Positions 53,911-62,432 of a stretch of DNA of 62,432 bases are shown one piece after another. Numbering within the stretch: position 1 is the stretch's first letter; the number at the start of each line of letters is the position of its first letter. The stretch is taken from IMG/VR virus record IMGVR_UViG_3300037882_001611, positions 1 through 62,432 of that record; one strand, written 5' to 3'. The translations under genes and the position numbers were made by a program. The notes beneath the pieces are model-generated. The model made no database searches, was not told where the DNA came from, and saw only the letters and a program-made list of their open reading frames with translations. The stretch comes from a virus. Its lineage: Duplodnaviria > Caudoviricetes.

Positions 53911-54417
53911 TTATTCAGTCACTGCCAGTTCAGCGGTTGGTACAGCGGTTGGTTCAACCAATGGTGCTGCTTGGGTCTGAACTCCAGATTCTGTAATCGT
54001 GGAAGCATTGGAAACAGTGTCCTTGGCTTTGACGCCAAGACCGATCTGTTTTGCCAATGCAGCACGAGTGCTAGAATAGTTGGGAGCCGTCATCGGATAA
54101 TCAGCGGGAAGATTCCACTTGGTGCGATACTGATCCGGCGTCATGCCATAATGCGTCATCAGATGGCGCTTGAGCATCTTCAGTTTCTTGCCGTCTTCAA
54201 GGCAGACAATATAGTCAGGCTTGACCGAGGAACGGATCGAAACTGCTGGTTCCTGAGCAACGACTTCAGGTTCGGGAGCCTTCTGCGTGTTGTTCAAGGC
54301 ATCATAAGTGCTCTGGATGAGGCTTGACAGTTCATCGGCACGGATGGTGGTGTTCGATACAAAAGCCGAGACGATACCTGTGGTCATTTGCAGAATTTTG
54401 AGTTCAATGTCATTCAT
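53911..54417 (-). CDS. mucR: MucR/Ros family zinc-finger transcriptional regulator
   Basis: IVSAFVSN, PAVSIRSSVKPDYIVCLEDGKKLKMLKRHL...YRTKWNLPADYPMTAPNYS...LAKQIGLG; ATG at 54417 follows AGGAG. Confidence 0.94.
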   Translation of the reverse strand: MNDIELKILQMTTGIVSAFVSNTTIRADELSSLIQSTYDALNNTQKAPEPEVVAQEPAVSIRSSVKPDYIVCLEDGKKLKMLKRHLMTHYGMTPDQYRTKWNLPADYPMTAPNYSSTRAALAKQIGLGVKAKDTVSNASTITESGVQTQAAPLVEPTAVPTAELAVTE

Positions 54418-54447
54418 TTCATTTCTCCTGTGTGAGCAAATACTCAC

Positions 54448-54479
54448 AAAAAAATGGCTACCCCGAGAAGGGTAGCCAT
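54448..54479 (-). terminator. Intrinsic terminator upstream of mucR
   Basis: ATGGCTACCC / GGGTAGCCAT stem plus T7 tract on the - strand. Confidence 0.75.
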
Positions 54480-54553
54480 GTCAAGATATATTGGAAGAAA
54501 AAATTGCTTATGCGGTACAGGTGATTGCTACCGTATCCGTTTTGGCACCTTCT

Positions 54554-54880
54554 TCAGATGCTGACATTGTTTTTCACCATATCCCAAGTGATCGTAACAC
54601 GATCAATGTCAGTGATGTTGTTCGGGAACATAGCGGTCAATGCTGGATTAGCAGCAGACCGTTTGTAAAGAATGTCACGAACATGGTGAAAAAGAGCATG
54701 ATTTTCACCGAAAGAAGTTTCGGTGGAATTGTCACCAAGATCATCCTGTGAAACATCGTGATAGAAATCACCGATATTCACGTATGCCTGACCACCTTCA
54801 TTGGCGGGCAGAACATCGCCGTAAGGTTGTACTTGAGCGTGTTTGGTATTCTTATGATATGCGACTTGATAACGAGCCAT
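54554..54880 (-). CDS. Hypothetical protein
   Basis: 108-aa ORF; NHALFHHVRDILY. Confidence 0.6.
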   Translation of the reverse strand: MARYQVAYHKNTKHAQVQPYGDVLPANEGGQAYVNIGDFYHDVSQDDLGDNSTETSFGENHALFHHVRDILYKRSAANPALTAMFPNNITDIDRVTITWDMVKNNVSI

Positions 54881-54965
54881 AGCTTTTACCTATCTATTCT
54901 TGCAAGGAAAGGTGCCCTTTCCTTTGTTGGTTCGGGAACCAAGGAAAAAGACACCTCTTCTTACA

Positions 54966-55325
54966 TCAACAGATCGGGTCTGACCAGAGTGGCATGAAGC
55001 CTTGTTGTTTGAGCCAAGATCCTACAGGACCAAAGCCGAAATGAGCCAGTCCAAGCTCTACCAAACGCCAAAGAGGTCGATTACGCGGCATTTGACGATA
55101 GCTCATGAGATGGACTTGATAGCCCTTTTCAAATAGCAGCAGAGCTTCTCGAATTTGAGCTTTGGTAAGCTTTTCTTCAGATTTTATTATAGTGTCTGTT
55201 GATCTCCATCCACGAGTATACGCCCGGAATAATACAATGCCCCAATGATTGGGGCACTGCATATCCCAGTCAAATTCTCGGTGTTTTTTACCTAAACGAA
55301 ACGCTGCTTTAGGAGAGGGCATAGT
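54966..55325 (-). CDS. Hypothetical protein
   Basis: ORF overlapping the RNAP2 stop; start uncertain (MPSPK region). Confidence 0.4.
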   Translation of the reverse strand, partial: TMPSPKAAFRLGKKHREFDWDMQCPNHWGIVLFRAYTRGWRSTDTIIKSEEKLTKAQIREALLLFEKGYQVHLMSYRQMPRNRPLWRLVELGLAHFGFGPVGSWLKQQGFMPLWSDPIC

Positions 55326-56514
55326 CTGCGCTCCCGATGCTTTGCCATAGGTATGGGTCAAGTTTACCAACTGTCACAGTTCGCCCAACGAGTTGGGAGA
55401 TCAAATGGCTCAGCATTTCGCTTTTAGCAATAAGCATGAGTTGACGGGTGTACTGTTCCCTGAGATCATTGCCGTAGTTAGGATGGCAACGGAAGCAATC
55501 ATGAATACTGATCACCTTGAATGGCTTCTCGGGGAGACTCTCAAGCAACTCCCAGATGGTGGAGACATCGACATGTCCCAAATTATCCGTGTTGAGATGC
55601 TGAAGGATACGGGCAGAGAGATACCCGCTGTTTTGGTAGTGGTTCCAGAGAGTAACAACGAGCTTATCGTCGTTGCTTTTGGTTTCGTGTCCGTACAGAC
55701 TGTTGTCTCCAGAAAATAGGTCATAAAGATAGTTGACCTTTTGTACGTCATAGTCGCAGCGGCGAGTCATTTCTCTAACGATCATCCCATCGATGCTGTG
55801 AATAGTATTTGCACCGAGTGAACGGCCTTGCTTCATTGGTTGATTGATCCGATGATAGTAGTCGAAAGGCTGATTGAGAAAGTTCACAGTTTCTTTTATG
55901 GAGTCCATGACTTTAATTTTAACATGGAAATTGTCGGGCAATATCCAGTCATGGGAATCTGTATTAGGATCCCAGAGAAGCAGCATAGTTTCGTTGAGTT
56001 CCCATGCTCCGGGAGCATTAGTGATCATTGTGTTGTAGAACAGATCCAAGAGAGCACCTTCACCGAAGATGCGTTTGGGTTGAGCCTTGCTGCTATAGAG
56101 AGCTGTCATGATCGCGTCTTTGCAATCATCACGGCTGATTTTGGCAGTTTCTCCCAGTTGGTTCAACATGATCTGATAGATCTTGGTATAGGCATCTTCA
56201 CGTTTGCCTGTGGAGACCACATTGCAAAGTTCGGCTGCCAGACGATCTCCCGTCAGAGCAGCCAAGAGCTGCAAGCCACTGGAGGTGGCATCGAGTGAGA
56301 TCATATAACCAGTGGGTTGTCCTGCTACAGCAGCATTGTAAGCTATACAGCCTGCATAGAAGAGAGCAGGTTCTTTAGCTTGGTGGATTAGTTCAGCGAT
56401 GCTGTTCTGATGTTGATCGAACCATTGGATGCGTTCATCCCAGTTCAGTTTGTCAAGGCCGAAGCTATTAGCGATATCGATCTTGATATATTCGAGTGAA
56501 GTGAATTTCTGCAT
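55309..56514 (-). CDS. RNA polymerase II subunit 2 (N4 gp16-like)
   Basis: YIKIDIANSFGLDK, LDATSSGLQLL (motif A), RDDCKDAIMTALY (motif B), IHDCF (motif C); start MQKFT at 56514 follows GGAG. Confidence 0.92.
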   Translation of the reverse strand: MQKFTSLEYIKIDIANSFGLDKLNWDERIQWFDQHQNSIAELIHQAKEPALFYAGCIAYNAAVAGQPTGYMISLDATSSGLQLLAALTGDRLAAELCNVVSTGKREDAYTKIYQIMLNQLGETAKISRDDCKDAIMTALYSSKAQPKRIFGEGALLDLFYNTMITNAPGAWELNETMLLLWDPNTDSHDWILPDNFHVKIKVMDSIKETVNFLNQPFDYYHRINQPMKQGRSLGANTIHSIDGMIVREMTRRCDYDVQKVNYLYDLFSGDNSLYGHETKSNDDKLVVTLWNHYQNSGYLSARILQHLNTDNLGHVDVSTIWELLESLPEKPFKVISIHDCFRCHPNYGNDLREQYTRQLMLIAKSEMLSHLISQLVGRTVTVGKLDPYLWQSIGSADYALS

Positions 56515-56848
56515 TTCTAATCTCCTGCATATGGCATGATTGCCGCGTCTTGGGGATTTATTCTGGATCACCTTCTTCAAGAGTTTTGAGAATATTTTCC
56601 GCTTCAGTACGAATATCGTGCATAATCGGAACAACATCTCTTGATTGATCTTCAGATAAAAAGATGATTCTATTCGCAATTTCAGCGATTATCTCTTCCA
56701 TTGTAGTCATTCTTGATCCTTCCAGAGGTTGATGTGGTCACCATACACTTTGTGCCAGTAACGCCACTTGAGCATAGTGATCCAAGCCCAAGAGAGTTTC
56801 CCTTGGGCTTGGTTCTGCTTCCGCATATACTTGCGAAGTCTATGTTGA

Positions 56849-57367
56849 TTAGACGACAAGTTCAGGTTCAGCCAACTTACGCTTCTCGTTCCACCGAGGG
56901 CGACGATTGTTGGCTTGTTCTTTGCGGGTAGCCCAGCGACAGTTTCCGGGTTCATAATTCCCGTCATTGTCGATACGTTCGATGGTCAACTTGTCTGTCC
57001 AGCCATTAGCAAGAGACCAGTCCTTGAAGGTCTGAAAGTCGTGCCATTCAGGGCAGACCTTAATGCCTCGATCAACGTAGGCATCTCGATCTTTACGAGT
57101 CGTATTAGGATTGCACCTTGCCATCATGTTTGACCATGAATTGAAGATGGGTGTTCTTGATGCACCATGAGTAGTGTTCACTTCAATGGCGTAACAGCCA
57201 CATGAAGTGGACTTTCCTTGCTTGAGGTTTTGCCAGAGAACGAGGGTCTCCTTGCCGCAGTCACAACGGCATTTTACACGCCGTTTGGCTCCTAGCTTGG
57301 AGACCTCTTCGATCAGGGTGAGTCGGCTCATTTTCGATCCGAGCGAGATCACATCAGCTTTCGGCAT
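56849..57367 (-). CDS. Free-standing HNH-type homing endonuclease
   Basis: [58 protein letters not shown]. Confidence 0.85.
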   Translation of the reverse strand: MPKADVISLGSKMSRLTLIEEVSKLGAKRRVKCRCDCGKETLVLWQNLKQGKSTSCGCYAIEVNTTHGASRTPIFNSWSNMMARCNPNTTRKDRDAYVDRGIKVCPEWHDFQTFKDWSLANGWTDKLTIERIDNDGNYEPGNCRWATRKEQANNRRPRWNEKRKLAEPELVV

Positions 57368-57370
57368 GGG

Positions 57371-58258
57371 TTATTCCATAGAGACTATTTCTTCATCCGC
57401 AAGCTGTATCACTGCCTTGTTCCAAGGAGCACCTTGATAGTTGACGTGATAACCTTGGCAGTACACACGTCCACGCTTGTCGTATTTGTGGGTGAGATGG
57501 AACTCATTTCCATGATCGACGAGCTTCGCTATCACTTCGTGACAACTACGATCATATTTTTCAAATGCACGTTTCCGGCGTTCGAAATCGTCTTTGGTTT
57601 CACCTTCTTTCGGTTTGTCCAAATTACGCCAAGAGTTGGCGATCATATTGGCCGTATCGATATTGATGGTGAAACGAACATTGTTCATATGATTGATGTG
57701 GTCTAGACATACATCATCATCATGATGGTTCTTTTTGAGAATGATTGATCCTCGGTTGAGCACATATCCAGTATCTCGGTTGCACTTTACCTTTCTGGGT
57801 CGGACAACCATAGGGAGAGGGAATTGGTAAAGATCCAATTCACGTTGGATATCTTCTGGAATCGTGAGAACAGGTTCTACAATGAGCTGTGAATAGGCAG
57901 GGTGCCAATGGAGCAAGTCCACTTCACAGCATTTCAGAATGGCATCTGCTACGTCCTGAACGTCATTATAATGATGACGTAGGATACCTACCATAGTTGG
58001 TAGAGTAGTTCGTTTATGGAGAGCCATTTGAACCAGAAGGGAGAAACCGAACGCGGGATCAATGCTGTTTAGTTTCATGAACTTGGTTAGGTCAAGTCCA
58101 GTGCGTTCTTTGAGTTCTACCTCGAAGTAGTTGTACAAACGAGGAAGAAGTTGGTTTTTGGAATAAAGCTTTTCAAGCTGAATCTGTGTCTGCATGTTGG
58201 CGTCTTGCACAGTAGTTCTCCTTAGAGTTGTTCGGTGATATGAGTTACACGGAAGCAT
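57371..58258 (-). CDS. RNA polymerase II subunit 1 (N4 gp15-like)
   Basis: LEKLYSKNQ, YQFPLPMV, LTHKYDKRGRVYCQGYHVNYQG; true start probably 30-60 nt downstream of the ORF-track start. Confidence 0.92.
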   Translation of the reverse strand: MLPCNSYHRTTLRRTTVQDANMQTQIQLEKLYSKNQLLPRLYNYFEVELKERTGLDLTKFMKLNSIDPAFGFSLLVQMALHKRTTLPTMVGILRHHYNDVQDVADAILKCCEVDLLHWHPAYSQLIVEPVLTIPEDIQRELDLYQFPLPMVVRPRKVKCNRDTGYVLNRGSIILKKNHHDDDVCLDHINHMNNVRFTINIDTANMIANSWRNLDKPKEGETKDDFERRKRAFEKYDRSCHEVIAKLVDHGNEFHLTHKYDKRGRVYCQGYHVNYQGAPWNKAVIQLADEEIVSME

Positions 58259-58422
58259 GTCAGATTGCGTTCAATCGATTCTTTCCGTGCCTTTTCTTCG
58301 TCGTCATAAGATATGACTGCACGACCGGATTTAGCTCGAAGCTGAAATTCAATCTTGTAATCATCTGCGGACTTAAGCGGCAAACCTTCGGCCTGACGTT
58401 GTATTAAGCAATGTTGTTGCAT
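58222..58422 (-). CDS. Hypothetical protein
   Basis: Short ORF in the early-gene cluster. Confidence 0.4.
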   Translation of the reverse strand: MQQHCLIQRQAEGLPLKSADDYKIEFQLRAKSGRAVISYDDEEKARKESIERNLTCFRVTHITEQL

Positions 58423-58439
58423 TTCATGTCCTTTCTAAT

Positions 58440-58784
58440 TTAGATGGGTAGTATGATGACGATCTCAACGATCTCCATATCTTCAGCATGACGATGAGGT
58501 TTAGGAATGAGGTAATTTTCCTCATAATAATCTTCATAATCATATCCACGATCACAGCCAACGGCTCCTTTAAGCCATGCTGTTAGTAGATTTTTAGCAG
58601 CTCTCTTTTCGGGATAGCTGCGAATCTGCATGTATTTGTCATAATTTTTCGGCCATGAACTTCGATCAGCAAAGTCTACTGGTTCGAGGTGTGAACCACC
58701 TCTTCCATCACGTCTTTGTGGACGTGGTAGATATCTTTGTGTGCCTTTGATTCGAACGGCATATTCGGTGATTATTATTGTCAT
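58440..58784 (-). CDS. Hypothetical protein
   Basis: ATGA overlap with the upstream gene (MTIIITEY start). Confidence 0.55.
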   Translation of the reverse strand: MTIIITEYAVRIKGTQRYLPRPQRRDGRGGSHLEPVDFADRSSWPKNYDKYMQIRSYPEKRAAKNLLTAWLKGAVGCDRGYDYEDYYEENYLIPKPHRHAEDMEIVEIVIILPI

Positions 58785-59167
58785 GGGAATGTTCCCCAAT
58801 AAGAGAAGTCTTCTCCGAGCCATGGTTTCCATGCCTCGTCGAATTTGCAGTTCTTGGGTGCCAGCTTGAACATCGGAGCGATGTTAGTAGGTTTGAGACC
58901 AGCGAGACCACATCCGATTTGTGTCACCTTGAAGGTGAGCTTTGGATGTCCTCGTGCAAAGGCAAGGAAGCCTTTCACATAATCTTCGATACGTGAGAGC
59001 GGCATCGTTTGGATCTGGTCATCTTTGGTAGGGATAGCCCAGCTATCCCCATGGTGTCCGTAGGATTTGCCCCAACGAGCACCGAACTTTTCATATGCGA
59101 GTTTGGCGGCTCCGGCTCCATGAATACCAGCTTCATTGCTGCCGAAGCAAAAGATCATTTTAGACAT
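58781..59167 (-). CDS. Macro-domain-like (A1pp-related) small protein
   Basis: IFCFGSNEAGIHGAGAA, WAIPTK, VTQIGCGLAG motifs. Confidence 0.7.
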   Translation of the reverse strand: MSKMIFCFGSNEAGIHGAGAAKLAYEKFGARWGKSYGHHGDSWAIPTKDDQIQTMPLSRIEDYVKGFLAFARGHPKLTFKVTQIGCGLAGLKPTNIAPMFKLAPKNCKFDEAWKPWLGEDFSYWGTFP

Positions 59168-59340
59168 GACCTTTTTCCTTTCTTTTGTTGGATTTATTTA
59201 GAACTTGTTCGAGACGAGTTGCCCATTTGCAATTTGATGGTTCATAATCACCATCATTATCTATACGTTCAAGTGTCAGTCCTTCAGATGGTTTATCCTG
59301 TGAAGGACATGTTTCATCGCAAGATCTTCAAGAGACATTT

Positions 59341-59865
59341 TCATGAGATAAACTCCTGAAGTTTTTGGCGATCATATTCCAGTTCGATATTGAACATTGG
59401 AATTTTATATGCGGCTGCGATCCTGAGTGAATGGTTTGTGCCACCAAAGGTGTACATGTCATTGTCAGCTTCGTGCCAATAGACAACCATGGATACTGGA
59501 TCAGCAGCTTCATCGCCAAGGATGATGTTGACGTTTCGATCAAATAGACTCTGAATATAGTCTGGGCATGTTGAATAGTGCGAGTGATATTCAGCAGCTA
59601 TTTGTCGAATGAGAGGTGAGCGTGACGAAACCCTGAAAGTATCATCAGCAAAATATTGCCCATTGAAGGGCAGGCACGGGAGCCAGATTTCCTTGTTATT
59701 GGTTCCAGCTTCGAAGGCTTGGTCAGCGCCTCTGCCTTTTCCGCTTCGCAGCTTCCAGTTCAGCAACGATAAATCGTGCGAGAGGGTGGTCAGCAGGTCT
59801 AAGACCTTCGTAGGCGTCTTTCGTGGCCCAATGCCAGCATAGAGTTTCTGTTTCTGTTTCTGCAT
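59341..59865 (-). CDS. SLOG/DprA-like nucleotide-binding protein
   Basis: YAGIGPRKTP, LRSGKGRGADQAFE, RNVNIILG, GGT...A...IPMFN. Confidence 0.72.
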   Translation of the reverse strand: MQKQKQKLYAGIGPRKTPTKVLDLLTTLSHDLSLLNWKLRSGKGRGADQAFEAGTNNKEIWLPCLPFNGQYFADDTFRVSSRSPLIRQIAAEYHSHYSTCPDYIQSLFDRNVNIILGDEAADPVSMVVYWHEADNDMYTFGGTNHSLRIAAAYKIPMFNIELEYDRQKLQEFIS

Positions 59866-60145
59866 CTGATAATCCTTTCATTGAGAGGTTGTTATCGCGT
59901 CTGAAATAATAGAATAGTTCATCAATCTGCATCGAGTTAGAGGTCCGTAGGATTTGACCATTCACTCGATGCCCTTTGACGTGTGCTTCATGTGCAATGA
60001 TTCTGATGTAATCCATTCTTCCAAAATGGGTTACTACCCATGCATCAGTTTGATCCATTCTTACGAGATAAAAAAAGAATGGATCCATTTCGTCGATATG
60101 CCTACGACCAGCTTCATAACTTTCAGCTATAAGCACATGATTCAT
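59723..60145 (-). CDS. Hypothetical protein
   Basis: GGAGG SD; 3' end overlaps the SLOG gene. Confidence 0.45.
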   Translation of the reverse strand: MNHVLIAESYEAGRRHIDEMDPFFFYLVRMDQTDAWVVTHFGRMDYIRIIAHEAHVKGHRVNGQILRTSNSMQIDELFYYFRRDNNLSMKGLSDAETETETLCWHWATKDAYEGLRPADHPLARFIVAELEAAKRKRQRR

Positions 60146-60146
60146 A

Positions 60147-60546
60147 TTAACCTCCTGCGAGGTTCATAATGACTCGTTTTACGATATGGGCATGAGTGAC
60201 GTTAGAAGCAGGACAGCACCGGGTTGTGAGGATGATACCAGCTCCGAGAGCTTTATTGTAGATGTCATCCAAAGTGGTGAGTACAGCAGAGTTTTGAGCC
60301 TTGATCTGGTCTTCGAGCCAGATCTCGTATTCATCGATCTGATCATTGTAGTTTTTAATGATGTCGCCATCCCAACTTTTGGATCCGATTTTGATATGTT
60401 CTGGGATCCAGAGTGGACCTTTGTCCACATTATATGTGTGTGCAACTGCCTGTGCCCCTTGGTTATTGTCGCTATGATCGACTTCAATATGAAGTTCTTT
60501 TGTATCTGATCGCATCTTGAATGATCCTCTTGATGATGTGTCCATA
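60147..60546 (-). CDS. Hypothetical protein
   Basis: Probable start MDTSS directly after the HNH stop; C-terminal CC...HAHIVK. Confidence 0.5.
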
Positions 60547-61026
60547 TTAACTGTGCCTAGCAAACTGACCGTGTAATTGGTTTCGTTTTGCAATAAGCCA
60601 GTTTTCAATTTTTGAACGATCTTTGCTTGTTTTACTGTGCGATTTTCCATTGCACATTATTTGTCCACGCCATGCTTGGGTTTTTGCGTTAAAGCTAAGA
60701 CCTTTTATTTCTGTCGTGTTGTGACTGTATATTCCAGCGTTTGCTGAATTTTGTGCTTGAGTCGCTAGTCTGAGGTTACTCAGTACATTGTATCCACGAT
60801 TAGTATTTTCGTGGTCTACCTGTAAGCCTGTTGGTACAGGACCATTGTGCATTTCCCATATGAGAACATGCACACTGAAAAGCCATTTCTTACTGGCTAT
60901 AAGCCAGTAGCCATCGTGATTGAGTGTACCGACCGGTAAACCGTTGAGATCAGTCAATCCTGACGGCGAAATTGGATCATATTTGATTTGCTGCATTAGC
61001 AAGATTTTTGCCTGATTTTTGGTCAT
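60547..61026 (-). CDS. HNH endonuclease with AP2-like C-terminus
   Basis: HVLIWEMHNGPVP...VDHENTNRGYNVLSNLRLATQAQN; KGLSF...WRGQI; LHGQFA. Confidence 0.85.
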   Translation of the reverse strand: MTKNQAKILLMQQIKYDPISPSGLTDLNGLPVGTLNHDGYWLIASKKWLFSVHVLIWEMHNGPVPTGLQVDHENTNRGYNVLSNLRLATQAQNSANAGIYSHNTTEIKGLSFNAKTQAWRGQIMCNGKSHSKTSKDRSKIENWLIAKRNQLHGQFARHS

Positions 61027-61176
61027 AGGTTTACTCGGTGCTGTTAGCCAAAAGTCGGAAAAAGTTGAATTTTGTTTAATAGAAAGTTGAATTTTCCAAC
61101 ACTACAAAGTAGCAGTATGTTGGAGGTAACTTGTCTATAATTTGTCTCTCATTTGTCTATCGTTGAAGGGTTCGAA

Positions 61177-61200
61177 GGGCTGTCCAGTTAAGGACAGCCC
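61177..61200 (-). terminator. Hairpin downstream of the gp2-like gene
   Basis: GGGCTGTCC / GGACAGCCC stem. Confidence 0.6.
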
Positions 61201-61222
61201 CTGAGTTGAGATTGAGTTGAAA

Positions 61223-61687
61223 TCAGTTCTTGATTTCGATTGGCCGGAACGCGATGGGCTTGGTCAGCGAGTTCTCCTGCGGTGTTTCCATAGCACCACG
61301 AACTCGCTTGAGCTGAACAGCCAAACCAATAGTTTCGTCCATGATGACAATGGCCGAAGCACCGGGTTCGAGCTGAGCAGCAACAGACATGAAGTTTTCA
61401 TGCAGCTTGTTCTGGGCGTCCCGAAGAGCAGCCATGTTCTGTGTGCGAGCCTTACTCACGTCGAATGGCTTGATCTGGTCGAGCGGGATGCCCCGTGCCA
61501 GACTGACGAAGATTTCTTCTTCGTTGCCATCATTCACAACAGTGGTTGAGTAGCCGATGTTCAGCCAGAACTCAGCGTCTTCCTGCGTGTTCTCGGTAGC
61601 ATTGCCCGAGGCAGAGTTGCGGCCAAGGCCAGCGAATGCTGACAGGTTGAGGCCGTTGTTGGTGATAGTATTTGCTTTGGTAGTCAT
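61223..61687 (-). CDS. N4 gp2/Drc-like ssDNA-binding activator of RNAP II
   Basis: AEFWLNIGY and FVSLARGIPLDQI motifs; early region. Confidence 0.8.
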   Translation of the reverse strand: MTTKANTITNNGLNLSAFAGLGRNSASGNATENTQEDAEFWLNIGYSTTVVNDGNEEEIFVSLARGIPLDQIKPFDVSKARTQNMAALRDAQNKLHENFMSVAAQLEPGASAIVIMDETIGLAVQLKRVRGAMETPQENSLTKPIAFRPIEIKN

Positions 61688-61722
61688 TGTATTTCTCCAA
61701 GTTAGATTTGGGTTAGGAACAA

Positions 61723-61741
61723 CCCAAAAACGGCGTAGCCG
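61723..61741 (-). promoter_or_regulatory. Putative vRNAP hairpin promoter driving the gp2-like gene
   Basis: + (template) strand CCCAAAAA-CGGC-GTA-GCCG has the N4 early-promoter architecture CCAAAA-stem-C(GNA)G. Confidence 0.7.
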
Positions 61742-61867
61742 AAAATTGAGGTTATCGTTAAGAAGACTTAACGAGTTTAGTTTTGATACGTTTCAGACGA
61801 TTATATTCTTGCCAAGCAACAATATGCTGAAAGTGATAGCCGCTGAAGTATGATGCTTCAGCATAGA

Positions 61868-62059
61868 TCATAGGATATGTCCTCGTCTTTCAAAGTGCTT
61901 ACGCACAATGTGAACATTGCGAAAATGGCTAATTGTTCCCCAGCTCAGATAGATGCCACCGAGTATTTTCAACTCGATGGCTGCGAAATGATATCCTGCA
62001 AGGATCAGCACAAGTGCGATTAAGCAGGGTATGAGTGGTAGTCTGCTGGTCATATTCAT
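61868..62059 (-). CDS. Small membrane protein
   Basis: Hydrophobic ORF with ATGA overlap. Confidence 0.5.
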   Translation of the reverse strand: MNMTSRLPLIPCLIALVLILAGYHFAAIELKILGGIYLSWGTISHFRNVHIVRKHFERRGHIL

Positions 62060-62241
62060 GACTTTTCCTTTTCAGTAAATTTGTTGAATTTGTTGAAAAC
62101 AGAAGCCACCCACAGCCAGATGATAGATCCGGCTATGAGTAGCATTCCGTATTCGATGATTTCGGTTTTTGAGCTTGTGACCATGACCACACCAAGGATG
62201 ATGTAAGGCATGGTCTTCACGATCCTAATAAATGTAGCCAT
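62056..62241 (-). CDS. Small membrane protein
   Basis: TAAGGAG SD; two hydrophobic segments. Confidence 0.55.
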   Translation of the reverse strand: MATFIRIVKTMPYIILGVVMVTSSKTEIIEYGMLLIAGSIIWLWVASVFNKFNKFTEKEKS

Positions 62242-62253
62242 GGAGTGTGCTCC

Positions 62254-62430
62254 TTATTTGGGAGAGGCTGTAAATTCGGGCATTACGCCGAATGAGCATT
62301 TCCAACGACGCAGGAGTTTGAGCCTGCGTTCGAGTTCATTGATGGTTTTGGCTTTCGCCAAAAAGTCATCCATGTTGATCAGGACGTTGAATGCTCCGTT
62401 GCGTTTGACGCCACCGGGCAAGCCCTGATT
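62254..62430 (-). CDS. 3' end of an early gene (partial)
   Basis: Open frame from the window edge to TAA at 62256-62254. Confidence 0.35.
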   Translation of the reverse strand, partial: NQGLPGGVKRNGAFNVLINMDDFLAKAKTINELERRLKLLRRWKCSFGVMPEFTASPK

Positions 62431-62432
62431 AC

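Noticed and set aside
56515-56679. 55-aa N-terminal extension of RNAP2 from the ORF track
   Set aside because: The conserved N-terminus begins at MQKFT (56514) with a GGAG SD; the upstream part overlaps a small ORF in another frame

Overview
About 62 kb of a lytic N4-like phage genome (Schitoviridae-type organisation). The host is probably an alphaproteobacterium, inferred from a MucR/Ros gene and an alphaproteobacterial-type permuted tmRNA. The + strand (1-24.6 kb) carries the lysis cassette with an embedded o-spanin, portal, major capsid protein, virion proteins and a 3447-aa virion RNA polymerase. The - strand (24.7-62.4 kb) carries RuvC-like resolvase, SSB, AAA ATPase, primase, nuclease, family A DNA polymerase, helicase, rIIA/rIIB, ThyX, HU, dCTP deaminase, a MoxR/VWA pair, the two-subunit RNAP II, a gp2/Drc-like activator and two free-standing HNH-type endonucleases. 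Terminase and tail-fibre genes were not recognised in the window. The most unusual part is a ~1.9-kb ORF-poor island (about 52030-53910, - strand) directly downstream of mucR. In transcription order it holds a long hairpin, a canonical-core type I hammerhead ribozyme, ~1.4 kb of unassigned hairpin-dense sequence with a repeated motif and a tRNA-like element, and a complete circularly permuted (two-piece) tmRNA gene encoding the tag ANDNSPVMALRLAA. All calls were made by eye from sequence and family knowledge; no database searches or folding programs were run.
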